A stretch of DNA of 56,294 nucleotides, counting the filler, from Basidiobolus ranarum (lineage: Eukaryota), in the NCBI GenBank assembly GCA_040143965.1. It is 6 parts of 6 records of this genome, joined end to end, with 100 filler letters (N's around TTAATTAATTAA, not from the genome) between each part and the next. Parts side by side here need not be neighbours in the genome. Positions count along the whole stretch, not along the records: positions 28,248 to 37,533 come from JASJQH010007720.1; positions 37,634 to 46,915 come from JASJQH010007721.1; positions 47,016 to 56,294 come from JASJQH010007722.1; 3 more parts are not named here. The stretch is one strand, 5' to 3'. Below, one piece after another: positions 36,543 through 48,716 of this stretch. How positions within the stretch are numbered: position 1 is the first letter of the stretch; each line of letters begins with the position of its first letter. Under the pieces are notes generated by a model. It did no database searches. It was given only the letters and a program-made list of their open reading frames with translations, and was not told where the DNA came from. A program made the translations under genes and the position numbers.

Positions 36543-37294
36543 TTCATCGATATTGGTAGGAAACATAAATAACTCTATATTACTATATAGTGTAAATTAT
36601 GTCAATATGTTTAAGAAATTATGAGAAGAATTCGAAGATATATAATCATATTGTTCCTAAAGAATACCAATAACTCAATGCTTCCAAATTTTATTGACCT
36701 CTTGTATCCAGTGACATTCATGAAAACCCACATAAAGAGCTACAGTGCCAGGATTTATAGATAAACAATCCTTCTCTGAGCACTCTGAATACTATTGAGA
36801 TTAGGGAAGAGTATAAGAATATTGTAATACAAGAAGTACTATAGAATATTATCTCAACCTGAGTTCGGGCAATGCTATAATATCAAGCTAGAATGTGTTT
36901 GTATATATAACCGTTACGATAAGTTTGAATTGGCATAATACTACTGTGACTGATACAAAAGGCATGCGAATTTCTACCTTGACATAACAGATATATTGAA
37001 GTATCACCGAAACAGTTGAACCGAAACAGTTGATTCTGATGATCTCTTTCACTACTTGTTGCTAACTAATTCACAGCTAGATGTTAAGCACTATTATTGG
37101 TCAGACATTCGATAATGGAATGAAGGTCTTTTATGAATTTTCTTCCTTGATACATATTCTAGGAGAGTTCTGGGTTAAATTAGCATACGGAGAAATAGTC
37201 ACAATAAGAAGATTGATGAAATATTCAGAAGAAAGGATTGGAAGGGGATGGAATGGGATGGAACGGAACGGAATGGACATGCTATGAAATAAAC

Positions 37295-37426
37295 TCAAGA
37301 GCTTTTCGATCTATTGGCGTCGGCCGTGGTGAAAACTGACATAATAAGGCTTTGGTTATCGGGAGAAACACTCTGGGTAAGCACTTGGTAAGAAGCAGGG
37401 TTCACATGTTGAAGTTTTTGAATAAT
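37295..37426 (-). pseudogene. Second importin-7/Nmd5-like C-terminal fragment
   Basis: IIQKLQHVNPASYQVLTQSVSPDNQSLIMSVFTTADANRSKSS*; 55/56 nt identical to 28252-28307; upstream sequence unrelated. Confidence 0.45.
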
Positions 37427-37533
37427 GTTCCAAAGAACATGACTTCCATATAAGGTAATCTGGATGAACTGACACCAGATTGCCGAGAAGGGATGGCACA
37501 GTAGATATGATGTCATAATCTAATAATAGAAGA

Positions 37534-37633
37534 NNNNNNNNNNNNNNNNNNNNNNNNNNNNNNNNNNNNNNNNNNNNTTAATTAATTAANNNNNNNNNNN
37601 NNNNNNNNNNNNNNNNNNNNNNNNNNNNNNNNN
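37534..37633. other. Artificial contig spacer
   Basis: N44-TTAATTAATTAA-N44. Confidence 0.99.
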
Positions 37634-38255
37634 TCAAAGGCTTTTCCCAGCCCATCATAACACCATTCTTCTCCGCATCCAATAATTTCTCATCCTCGTA
37701 AATCAATGGTTGAGATAAGTAATCCTTGTTAGCGGCTTCCTCTTCTTTCTCATCTTTACGATCAATCACGCCAAGAATCAACTCTACACGACAACCTTCT
37801 TCGATAAGTCTCTCGTAAACTTGATCGTGTCCATTTTCACTAGCGTATTCTCCAGTACTTTTACCAGAATTGTCGACAGCATTCCATTGATGACCAGCTT
37901 GTAAGAGTTCGTTTACAACCTTAAGGTGTCCACCAGAGCAGGCAGCATGTAACGGACTCTTACCGGCCTCGTCGCGATGCCAAACATCGGCACCTTCTTT
38001 TAAGAGAGCCTTAACCGCCTCTAGGTCACCTTCACCACTTTTTAACAATAAACTTTCATCACGAGCAACATCCGCTTCGGTTTTTTTTACAATTTCGTAA
38101 CCTAACTTGGCTAACTGTTCGGGGTCAAGTTGATCGAGTTGGTCCAGTGGAACGTTCTCAATGTTACTTTCTTCAGTAATGAGATTTTCTTCTATGTTTT
38201 TTGATTCCTCGGACATTTTTCTACGTTTATTGGGCTCAAGTTCTGCACCTGTCAT
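37634..38255 (-). CDS. RMT2: Protein arginine N-methyltransferase 2 (ankyrin + start of MTase domain); 3' truncated
   Basis: Ankyrin repeats (GKSPLHAAC..GHLKVV), LLQAGHQWNAVD, GCRVELIL, DYLSQPLIY..LLD..NGVMMGWE. Confidence 0.88.
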
Positions 38256-38832
38256 GCCTACCAATCGACCATCATTTGATTGAGCAATTATTCGCTATGT
38301 ACACACTTTTTTTCAATTTTTTTTCTTTACAAATTTATAGGATTCCTTGACATATATCACGTGATCGAAGTTTTTAATATCATTTCATCTTGCTTATAGC
38401 GTACAAAAATTGAGGTTTTTTGATTGCAGACATTGTGTAATTGAGTGCTCGAGTGTGTAATTGCCGCATCCACGTTGTTGAGAGAAAGAAATAAATTGGT
38501 ACTCCTGACTCCTGCAGAAGCTTCGAAATATGTCCATGTTAAGTTAACCAACCGCTTATCACATTTATATTAGTGGGTACTACAATTATTGGTTAGTTAC
38601 ATCATATCCACAGATAACTGCTTCTTTAGGCCTCTCCGCCTTATCTATCATATCACTTCTACTGCTCATTGCTACCCCCACTCATCTGATTGGCCATCAT
38701 TCCTTTTACAAATCAGACTGCTGCATTTTTAGATACAAGTCTATTTACCATTTATTGTTTAATATCCCTTCGTTACTCCTTGTTGGAAATACTTTGAGGC
38801 CATAGAATAGTTAAGGATACCCACACGTCGTT

Positions 38833-40147
38833 ATGTATTTGGCAAGCAAGACTATAAACTCCCTCCCAACAGTCACTGCCGATGGTCTTGTTGGAACCAC
38901 CGAAAAAGGGGGGTTCTTCAATATGAAGCGACGCTACTCGAAAAAGCAAGGAAATACACCTCAGATTTCCCTTAATTTTCTATCTAGATCCGCGGAAGAA
39001 GTATATAATTTCCTACCAAATTTTACGCTGACTTCATCTGTAAAGTTTTGCTTATACTGCCTACTTTGGTACTCAACTTCCTCCATTACCAACAATATTG
39101 GCAAATCTATCTTGACACAATTCTCGTATCCAGTCACACTTACTTTTGTCCAATTTGGTCTGGTGGCAGCTTTTGCCTTTCTTATCGCTCAATTTTTTGG
39201 GACCAATAAGATTCAGAAACCTTGCAAAGAAATCCTTTTACCTACTCTACCTTTAAGCTTGTTTGCTATTGGAGGTCATGTCTTCTCAAGCGTCGCTCTT
39301 TCTCAAGTACCTGTCAGCTTTGTTCATACAGTCAAGGTAAGATTTCATTTTTAGTGCTTTGCTATCTGAACTCTGTTCTGATATTTTATATTAGGCTCTA
39401 GCCCCTCTTTTTACCGTCCTGTTCCATAAGCTTTTCTACAAAACCGATTATTCCACTGGTGTTTACTTTTCGTTACTGCCTTTGACCGTTGGTGTTATGT
39501 TGGCCTTTACGTTTCAATTGAATGTTTCGTTTACTGGGTTCTCGTATGCACTCATCTCCTGCATCATCTTTGTGATTCAAAATATGTTCTCCAAAAAGGT
39601 ACTATCTAAGGACACGAAGAAACTGGACAAATTGAATATTCTCTTTTATTCAACTTTATGCTCCTTTATTCTGATGTTCCCGCTTTGGTTCTATTCCGAA
39701 GGATTTCAACTACTTTTTGGAGAACCCCGCGTTAGTCGAATGACTATCTCTACACAACAATTAATATTGGATTTCTTGTTGAATGGCTTTACACACTATG
39801 CCCAGATCATGTCGTCGTTTACAGTTCTTTCTTTGACCACTACTGTCACCTATTCTATCGCTAGCTTGTTCAAACGAGTATTTGTCATTGTCACTGCGAT
39901 TATTTGGTTCCGCCAACCTATCGGCTTCATGCAAGTAATTGGATTCAGTTTGACTTTCTATGGACTTTACCTTTATGACAAGTCAAAGACACCCAAGAGT
40001 GTAGAAAACTTAGAAATGAATCGTACGAGCGACAGTATCTTGCCCACGTACAATCCCAACGACAAATATAGATCTAAATCTTCTTGGTGGCAAGCACACC
40101 CTCAAGAATACAAACCACGTCGTTTTACCCACACCAAACCCGAGTAG
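38833..40147 (+). CDS. Triose-phosphate transporter family (Sly41/SLC35E1-like) membrane protein, 2 exons
   Basis: Intron 39337-39394; YPVTLTFVQF, VPVSFVHTVKALAPLFTV, LDKLNIL, VTYSIASLFKRVFVI. Confidence 0.92.
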
Positions 40148-40635
40148 TTATCTGGCATGCTGGTTTCAAACTGGATCATTAACTCGCCCTTGAATTTATT
40201 CATTTTTGATCCTCGCCTTATTATTTATATTCTATAATATCTTGTCCGGTTTCTTGTATTATGTTTACACCGCCACATCCTATTGTCTTGAGCTCGGTTT
40301 ACCCCTAATTTTGGTTTCTCATGTAAACAATGACCTTTTCTATACGTCTAAGATACCATTCGACTTTCATCAAAATATTTTGGATTAAAATTCTCCAAAT
40401 AATTCCACTGCCATTATCTAATAATATATGTTATCTACTGTTAGCCCCAGTCATGCTTTGTAAATCTACCGAAATGAGTATGGAACAATGAATGAATTCA
40501 GTAAGAACTGTACCGAGAAGAACATTTGGTTTAATACAAAGTGTTTGCATCATATAATAACACTAAAGGAACATCTAATCTACAATCATTGATAATAATT
40601 ACAAGCACCACTATCTACAAATGGAATGTCATTGA

Positions 40636-42328
40636 TCAAGACATTCGACGTCTTTTGATCAGCTCTTTGGAGGGACTGTTGGGACGAGTATGGAATGAGG
40701 AGGGAGTCATCTTAGTCACCCGAGAAGAGCAATCATCTCTTTCGATGAGAAGACTTTTAAGAAGAGATTTCTAAAAGAAAGAAAACCAAATGATTGTGAA
40801 TAATGATGAAAATCGGGGATTCCTAATAGATTCCTATTATTACCTCAATTTCCAATTCTCTAACTCTTTCCTCAAGCCATTCCCTTCGTCGTTTCATCAT
40901 TCGCTCATTGATGAGATTTCCTTCTAATTCTTTGACTCTATTTTCCAGGTATTCATTTCGCTCCTGAAGATAGGTTGTCTCCGAAGTCGCACAAACATTA
41001 GACTCTTCTTTGTGTAGGGAATGTGGTGAGGCGGCATCATCGTTCGAATGTGAAGAAACTGAGGAATCCCGATATCCTGGGTCTGATGATCCATTTTCCA
41101 TGTTATATCCTGTATGAGCCTCAACTCGTATGCCTTGGTATTGTGAATGGTTGAATGAGGGTTGTTGGAGATAGTCCAATGGAGGGACATGAATGGGAGA
41201 CATAGTGAGGTGATGGTTTGCTGATGTGTACACCCGAGATAAATGATCGGATGGCAAAATATATGGTTGAACCTGAGCCTTCGATACCATGGGACTTAAA
41301 TGAGCAGGACCAGGAAGATTTTGGTTGATTGACTTAGCAATAGGTGAGTTATGGACACCTGAAGATAAACTATTATGGTCGTCGGCCCGAGAATTCTCAA
41401 TATGTTGTGGAAGATAAGGAGAATTGGAGCTACGCGAAGATGGAGGGTATCCTGTGGATTCGTGGGGTAAATTGGTACTTGAATTGGTGCTATATTTACC
41501 ACCTTGAGCTACATTGTTACGATTAGAGTCAAGCGGCATGGGAATCTGTCGGGGTAGATTGGGACTTGCCGTTTTCTCCGCACCAATTTCTTTGTCACCG
41601 CTAGTGCAACGTGTACGAGCTCCTCGACTTACACCGCTGCAGCCGCCACCCCCCTCACGCTCTGCTTTCAAGTGACGATTGAGAGCATCAAGTCGAGCAA
41701 AGGAACGCTCACATATAGAACATTGATATGGACGCTCCCCAGTGTGGAGTTTACTGTGACGTTTAAGATCATGATGTCGACGAAAGTGTTGATCACATAC
41801 TTTACACTGATATGGGCGTTCTTGTGTATGAGTCAAGTAGTGTGATTTGAGATTATGCTGACGACTAAAGGTTTGATCACATTGATCACAGGTAAACGGT
41901 TTCTCCGGATTGGATGTACGATTTCCATTCGGAGTACCAGCTCTGGAGGAAGATTTGGTGTCTTGATTTGTAGTGGAGAATATGGGATTTCCTTTGATCG
42001 CTACAGGGGATTGATTGTTCATCGTGGAAGGATCGGAGACCGGTGCTTCCTTCAGAATGGAAAATTTGGCTGGTAAATACTGATGCTGATTTGGTGGAGT
42101 TAAAACTCTAGTGTTAGGACCAAGAGGAAGTGAGGTGGTGTGGGATATGGTGGAAGTAGAATCGGAACAATTCAGCTTATCAACCACTTCTACTGGTGTG
42201 TGAATATAGTTATTAGCAGCAGTAGCTGCAGATGCCAAAAGTCCGATATTCGACTCGTTGGATAAATCCATGGTGGTGTGGTGATCTGATCTATTAGTAT
42301 CTGTACTCGACCGTATGCTTATGTCCAT
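40636..42328 (-). CDS. C2H2 zinc-finger transcription factor (3 fingers + C-terminal coiled coil), 2 exons
   Basis: Three fingers with HTQERPY/HTGERPY linkers; intron 40843-40771 gives ELEIE|KSLLKSLLIER...; stop at 40636. The first ATG, 42328, was chosen over the upstream non-ATG start. Confidence 0.9.
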
Positions 42329-45300
42329 GTGTGAATGGTAAAATTCCAAGATGTGGGGAAGACAGTGTATAAGAAGAAAAAGTAGAGCAAGCAAAATATC
42401 GAGTAGAAAGTTGTACCTACTCCTAGTTAAATAGAAGTATGAAATCCGACTTGTGGCTGAAGCCAGCACATAAAAGGGAAATTCGTATATTTCAGCCGAA
42501 ATCCCATAAAATTGGAAGATTGAAAGTGAACCATACAATACTATACAGCATACACCATAATTCGATCAGTAGACTCATTTAAAATGGATTTGTGACACAA
42601 ATATATGGAATAATACTTACAACACTAGCACATGCAAATTTAACATTCTACAACCTGCATGCAGTCCGAGCCGGTTTATCAATTATGAATCTGACTCAAA
42701 TTGATTCGTCAAAATGCTCCCTTCTGTTGCTCAGCCCCTTCTCCGCGCCACTTCCCTTGGACTCACCCCGATTCACAATTTCATGACTCAATATGGAGTG
42801 ATTAAACCTGAATGTGAACAGGAAACCTCCAATAAATTTATGGTTGACACTTGAATCTCAGACACGAGTGAAAGATTGATGGATGGGGCTTTCGCTAAAA
42901 TAATTTCCAAATCAATAGCTTGTACGAGTCTATCTTCCGAACTGTATCTTGCCAAGATATCCATGATTTATGTTGTAAAATCCAATGATTAATTATCCAC
43001 AATTGGTTCAACCACCATGATAAACGCCACAATTCTATTCTAGCCTTCGATATATTTCACCCGTCATCTTATCACATGATTGATATGGTGAGAAAGCCGA
43101 CCTTCATATCAGTTCGCTCATCTAAATGAAGACAGGTAGAGCGTTTCTAGGATAGGAAAGATATCCAACGTTTATCAAAGATAGAAAGAAACCTCACCAA
43201 CAAAGAGTTACTTTTAGATAGCTACCTGATGATGAAGACATCTGCTAAACACATTTCAATCAGGTGGCTCATACAGCGCCACTGCCAAACCCTACAATTT
43301 CGATCCACCATCTCGGCATAGCCCCATGGCACAATTCCAGATATAGATGCTGCTGTCATCATGAATACTACACTTTATTTCACTGACCACTCCGAGTGGA
43401 TATGTCATAATACTTATTTTACGCGCACCCAACGGCCACTTATCCGTGTACTCTTAAGCCTTGCTGTTTCAAATTAATCAAAAATTGGTAATGCGGTAAG
43501 TGAAACTTTTCCATATTAGAAGATCCTTTCAGCGCAACTTTAGTCATCAAGTATTCTTAAAAGTGAATGTTGGAGGTACTTAGCCTAGAGTGTCAAAATA
43601 CACAACAACAACTGACTTTCTTTATGCAATAGCGGCAAAATATCGTGAGAAATTCCCACAGAGAAAATTCCCGGCCTCGTGCCGAGATATCGTCAGACAA
43701 GAAAATAGCCAATGTAGGTGATCTACTTTTTCACTACAGGTTCGACCAGGAAATCATATGATATCTCACTTATTCATGCTGAGGGCTCCTTCACTCTCTC
43801 TTCCCTAATTTCGAATAGATTACCGCATTGATTAATTAAAGAAGTGGGGTTGCTGGAATTTGATGGTGGAAAAGGGTTTGTACACAGGGTTTAAATGGCA
43901 TGGTTAAGGATTCAACGATCAAGTTTAAAATACATCCCAATTCATTAGTTGCTTGGTTGGATTGATTTCCATTTTTGGTTAATAGATCGAAGGAATTATG
44001 CCCATATTTTTATCGTAATTTTCGGCATCTTCATCTTGTAGCCAATAGTGCTTCTAGGCCAAAATAAAGAAAAGTCACAAATTAAGTTTCAGATGATTGA
44101 GGCGCTTTTATTTCATTTACCAGTCCCGATAGTTCTTTCAACATTCCCACGATTAATGTTCTATGGTAGAATGCAGTTCATTCCCGTCCCCGAAATCCCA
44201 ACTCACATAAAGTTAGAGTTTAACCGACTTTGGTTCATTGCAGTTGACAATACTTTGCCCTTCGTTTCTCTACCGACATGATCTAAATTTGCCACTCGGG
44301 AAGTGGACTCGTTTCGGTTAAATTCTCGCCTGAACCAGTAATATTTTGTACTACACGAATACGGATAACACTAACTTTTAGCCACAACACTGCGCCAACT
44401 GATCCAAGTGGCAGTAAGGAATCAGTGAATCAGTGGCAAAGATTATGAAATTGTTGGGGATTGAGGGTGACGGGTGATGATTGAGGGGCATCCGGAATGA
44501 ACTAGTGCCATGGAATCACATGCTTGCCAACTTGAATTGTAAGCAGTATTATTGCTTAATTGCTCAGTCAGGGTGCAACAATACTTGATTGCTACTTGTC
44601 TCATCTACTCATGAATATTGTGGTCCTCCTAGTTCGTGATTATCATTAGATCGTCTGGGTATTGACAATTATAAATTCTTAGGTTTCGTTGCATTTACTT
44701 CTACCGTCATTTTGTGCTTTTTACATTCAAGAGACGTTGTAGGATTTTCAATCCGTAGAAATACTGCTAGGGGGGGGGAGTAATCACATCCATATAGTAG
44801 TTGATTAATGCACGCCATTGTCCTTTGCCGTGTAAACGTTACACACATTCATTATACATCTTAGCCAACTACTACTTGTCAATTTATTTCAAGTGATTCT
44901 TTTTATCCTTCATATCCTATCTGATAGACGCTCTACAACTCAAGCACCAGGGTAAACAATTTTCTTCTGTATGTCGGAGTTGAATCGGTATACTGGCAGC
45001 GATGAATATTTTATGTTGCATTAAACTGATCATTTGTACCAAAAGATATATATTTGTTATTGCTTATCAATTGAAAAACCTTAGTTTTGAAGTGTTTTTC
45101 ACCCAACACATGACTCATTAATTTCCTTATTTCAACTCTATTGAGTTGTGAGGGGTTTGAACTTATTCCCAAAGAATCTTAACCTTAGGAAAATATTTGC
45201 TCGCTTATCCAGGTCCTCTCCAGATAAGATAGAAATATTCTATAAAGCAGGTGAACTCATGACAAGGATGATTCCAGAAACTGGTGACCGAGATGCAAAC

Positions 45301-46287
45301 AGTCACTTCTGACAGCGTTATTACACTTGATGCAGATGCAGACTACAGTGGTGCTGCTGAAGGAAATACAGACTTTGACGCTGCTCTTGAAGAAACAGAG
45401 TTGCGATGTGGAGGATGTAGTGGCCTCAGAGGTCGCGGGGACGTGGCCAGTTTGGCAGAGGTGGAAGATTTGGTCGTTGACTCGTTAACAACTAGCTGTT
45501 CAGTTGTAAATGAATAGGCTCTGTATCGGAGATGAGGCCCTTGACACCCTCTGATCGGAGCACTTTCCAGAGAGTACATAGCTTCTGTGTATCCTAAACG
45601 TACCCTTGATAGAGCAGTATAGCTAATTATGCTAAAATGAATGTCAATATGCCGATCATAATAGTGACGGAGAGCCCAAAACTGAAAAATATACTGATAA
45701 TAATCTCAACAATCAATTACTATTAGGGCTCCTTTGACATTTGCGCTAAAAGATACTCAAGACTTAGTAGCGAAAGACATAGTATAAGAGCCACCATCAA
45801 TATAGCTTGATTTTCACTGGAGTCAGTTCCAATTTTAAGCTTTGGCTATTTTTAACATCGTGTCATACAGTCTACAAATCCTATGGGATGATCCTATGTG
45901 ATGCTCGGAACTGATATGATCATTGTTCAGTCTATTATACCTGTCTCGCATCAGTTCAAGCACTGGTGTACATGTGAAGAATATTTCAATTGCTACATCA
46001 AGAGTAAGAGATGTAAGCCACTCATACAGTAACACTCGTCAAGTGAAATATTTTTGGTGATATGTATCATGCGTAATACGAATGATGTATATCCAAAGTA
46101 ATTGGAAGAAACCGAATTAATCCACAGCAAGACACATGTTTCAACCGTCGTAAAAATGCTGTTCCTAAACGGTTTCATGATGCATTTGTAAAATCAACAG
46201 TGATCGAAAAGGCGTCCTCATATAAGGACAATGTGTACACCAACTAAACCAATAGGTTGACCAAGTGACACCTTTAAACATAAAGCA

Positions 46288-46915
46288 ATGGTAAAGAAAA
46301 TCCTATTAACTATAGCTACCTTGGTGTCATGTGTAGTAGGTTTCGAGAATCCGCTAGGCGGGAAGAACTCTACTACGATAGGGATAGTCCTATTTCCAGG
46401 ATTTGAGGAGTTGGATGTATTCGGTCCCCGGACTATTCTTTCCTTTAACAAACTCTACATGATTGGAGAAAAACCGGGGATTATTAGGTCAAATGCTGGA
46501 ACGTATTTGAAAGTAGATTACCATTTCCAAAATCATCCCAACTTTGATGTGCTCATGGTACCAGGCGGGGTCTTGGAAACCACCCCACCCGTCACTGAGT
46601 TTATAAAGAAAAGTGCAGAAAAAGCCAAGATTGTTCTGACTGTATGTACTGGGGCTGGTCTACTAGCAAAAACTGGCTTACTAGATGGGCTGGAAGCAAC
46701 CACCAACAAACAGGTTTGGTATACGATTACAAAAAATAGTAAGCACCTCTACTTGGTATATATGTAGTATAAGGCAAATCGTAAATTTTCTTTATCTAGA
46801 TCCTAATGTTAAGTGGGTTCGACATGCACGATGGATTCAGGATGGTAAGTATATCTCATCTTCTGGTGTCAGTGCCGGAACTGATATGGCCGCGTATTTT
46901 GTCAAAAAATACTTT
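46288..46915 (+). CDS. DJ-1/PfpI (isocyanide-hydratase-like) protein with signal peptide; 3' truncated
   Basis: FPGFEELDVFGP, DVLMVPGG, TVCTGA, ATTNK, intron ~46739-46799, ARWIQDGKYISSSGVSAGTDMA. Confidence 0.9.
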
Positions 46916-47015
46916 NNNNNNNNNNNNNNNNNNNNNNNNNNNNNNNNNNNNNNNNNNNNTTAATTAATTAANNNNNNNNNNNNNNNNNNNNNNNNNNNNN
47001 NNNNNNNNNNNNNNN
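46916..47015. other. Artificial contig spacer
   Basis: N44-TTAATTAATTAA-N44. Confidence 0.99.
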
Positions 47016-47017
47016 CT

Positions 47018-47392
47018 GGCGCACTTTGCCAACCAAACTACGAGGCACCGTTGACTACATGGATGAAATACATTAAACCCACCTTCATCAGTCACCTCCA
47101 AGCGGTATTCATCGGTGCCATGACCTACTTGGTAGCATTTATACATATAATGACCGATATCCTCTGGAAATCCCAGCGAAACGGTGTAGTTGCCGAGGAA
47201 GTAGACCACAAAGCCGAACAACAAAGTCTCCTTGATTTGAGAACGTGGAGGAAACTCGGTGGCTTGGCGCTTGAGCCATCCTTAGAGGATGAATATTTGA
47301 ACTCGAATGAGGAAATTCCAGAGGTGATTCTGAAATCCGCTAGGAAGTATCTAGACTCCTCAAGTAAGAGTCAGCTGACAAAATCATCCTAA
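47018..47392 (+). CDS. 3' end of an unidentified protein; 5' truncated
   Basis: Frame open from the contig start for ~124 codons, one hydrophobic segment, followed by an AT-rich 3' region. Confidence 0.55.
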   Translation, partial: GALCQPNYEAPLTTWMKYIKPTFISHLQAVFIGAMTYLVAFIHIMTDILWKSQRNGVVAEEVDHKAEQQSLLDLRTWRKLGGLALEPSLEDEYLNSNEEIPEVILKSARKYLDSSSKSQLTKSS

Positions 47393-47750
47393 CATGAAGC
47401 GTTTGGAAAAGAATCCAATTGATATTGCTCTTGCTATATATATATATATCTGATATTATAAGTTGTAAATTTTGTTCCGTTTAGATGTAACGTACTCTAA
47501 ATATCTTCTCTATTATTATATTCAATTAGCCGTTAGAGAAAAAGAATATTCTTCCTTGATTCCAATTTAAAATTACCCTATTCAATAAATGAATTTATTA
47601 CTAATATTTACTGAACATATTTTGGAAATGGAATGACGATAAATCAATGGAAATTATGAAACAAGTTAAACGATTTGGGTGAAGCGAGAGGAGAGTAGGG
47701 AAACAAACGCAAGGTGGTGGGTAACATTGAATGCATGAAATATTCCTAGC

Positions 47751-48716
47751 TTACTCCGGGACACTATGGAACAGGTAAGATACAGATTCACCATTATGAG
47801 TTCTTCTAATAGCCTCGGCTAAAGTGGCGGAGACATCGATAGTTTCAATCTTGGCACATACTTGTTTCTTCTCCTCATGTGGGATGGTGTTGGTTACTAC
47901 CACTTTTTCCAATACTGACTCGTTAATCACCTTAAGTGCTTTACCAGAAAGTACTCCATGAGTGACAATAGCATACACTTGTGTGGCACCATTATCAATT
48001 AATGTTTTGGCCGCAAGACCAAGTGTACCACATGTATCAGCCATATCATCCACAAGAATACCTACTTTACCTTTTACATCACCAACCAATACCATACGAG
48101 ATACTTCGTTAGCCTTCTTACGTTCTTTATGAATTAACGCGAACTCAAGGTCCAAGTGGTCCGCGATAGCAGTAGCACGTTTAGCACCACCAGCATCAGG
48201 AGATACGATAACAGCATTCTTGAAAGAAGGAATCTCATTACGAATATACTTTAATACGAGTGGTTCAGCAAATAAATTGTCAACTGGAATATCAAAGAAT
48301 CCTTGAATTTGAGAGGCGTGTAAGTCAACCGTGATCACGTGGTTGGCTCCGGCAACAGTTAGCATGTTAGCAATAAGTTTTGCGGAGATAGGTGCGCGTG
48401 ACTTATCCTTCTTATCCTGACGAGCGTAAGGGAAACAGGGGATAACTGCAGTGATACGACGTGCAGAAGCGGTTTTACAAGCGTTAATCATAATCAAAAG
48501 TTCCATAAGATTATCGTTAATTTCACCACAACCAGATTGAATAATGAAGACGTCTTCATCACGCACCGACTCACCAATAGTTACTGAAGTCTCTTGGTTG
48601 GAGAATTTAACAACAGTTACATTACATAACTCAATGCCTAAACGTTTGGCTACACGAGCTGCCAAGTCGGGATTAGAGTTACCAGTCAATACTTTGATAG
48701 AGTTGGAAGCAGTCAT
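47751..48716 (-). CDS. PRS: Ribose-phosphate pyrophosphokinase (PRPP synthetase)
   Basis: [40 protein letters not shown]; 321 aa, intronless. Confidence 0.98.
   Translation of the reverse strand: MTASNSIKVLTGNSNPDLAARVAKRLGIELCNVTVVKFSNQETSVTIGESVRDEDVFIIQSGCGEINDNLMELLIMINACKTASARRITAVIPCFPYARQDKKDKSRAPISAKLIANMLTVAGANHVITVDLHASQIQGFFDIPVDNLFAEPLVLKYIRNEIPSFKNAVIVSPDAGGAKRATAIADHLDLEFALIHKERKKANEVSRMVLVGDVKGKVGILVDDMADTCGTLGLAAKTLIDNGATQVYAIVTHGVLSGKALKVINESVLEKVVVTNTIPHEEKKQVCAKIETIDVSATLAEAIRRTHNGESVSYLFHSVPE

Noticed and set aside
37578..37633. ORF-track proteins running through X residues (also 46685-47224)
   Set aside because: They cross artificial spacers; the true genes are truncated at contig ends.
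42329..42538. Hydrophobic 70-aa N-terminal extension suggesting a membrane-tethered zinc-finger factor
   Set aside because: Depends on a non-ATG start; the first ATG is at 42328 and the extension looks like pyrimidine-rich 5' UTR.
9323..47015. Five regularly spaced identical TTAATTAATTAA motifs about 9.4 kb apart
   Set aside because: Artificial linkers within N runs joining size-sorted contigs; not biological, and no cross-contig gene cluster can be inferred.
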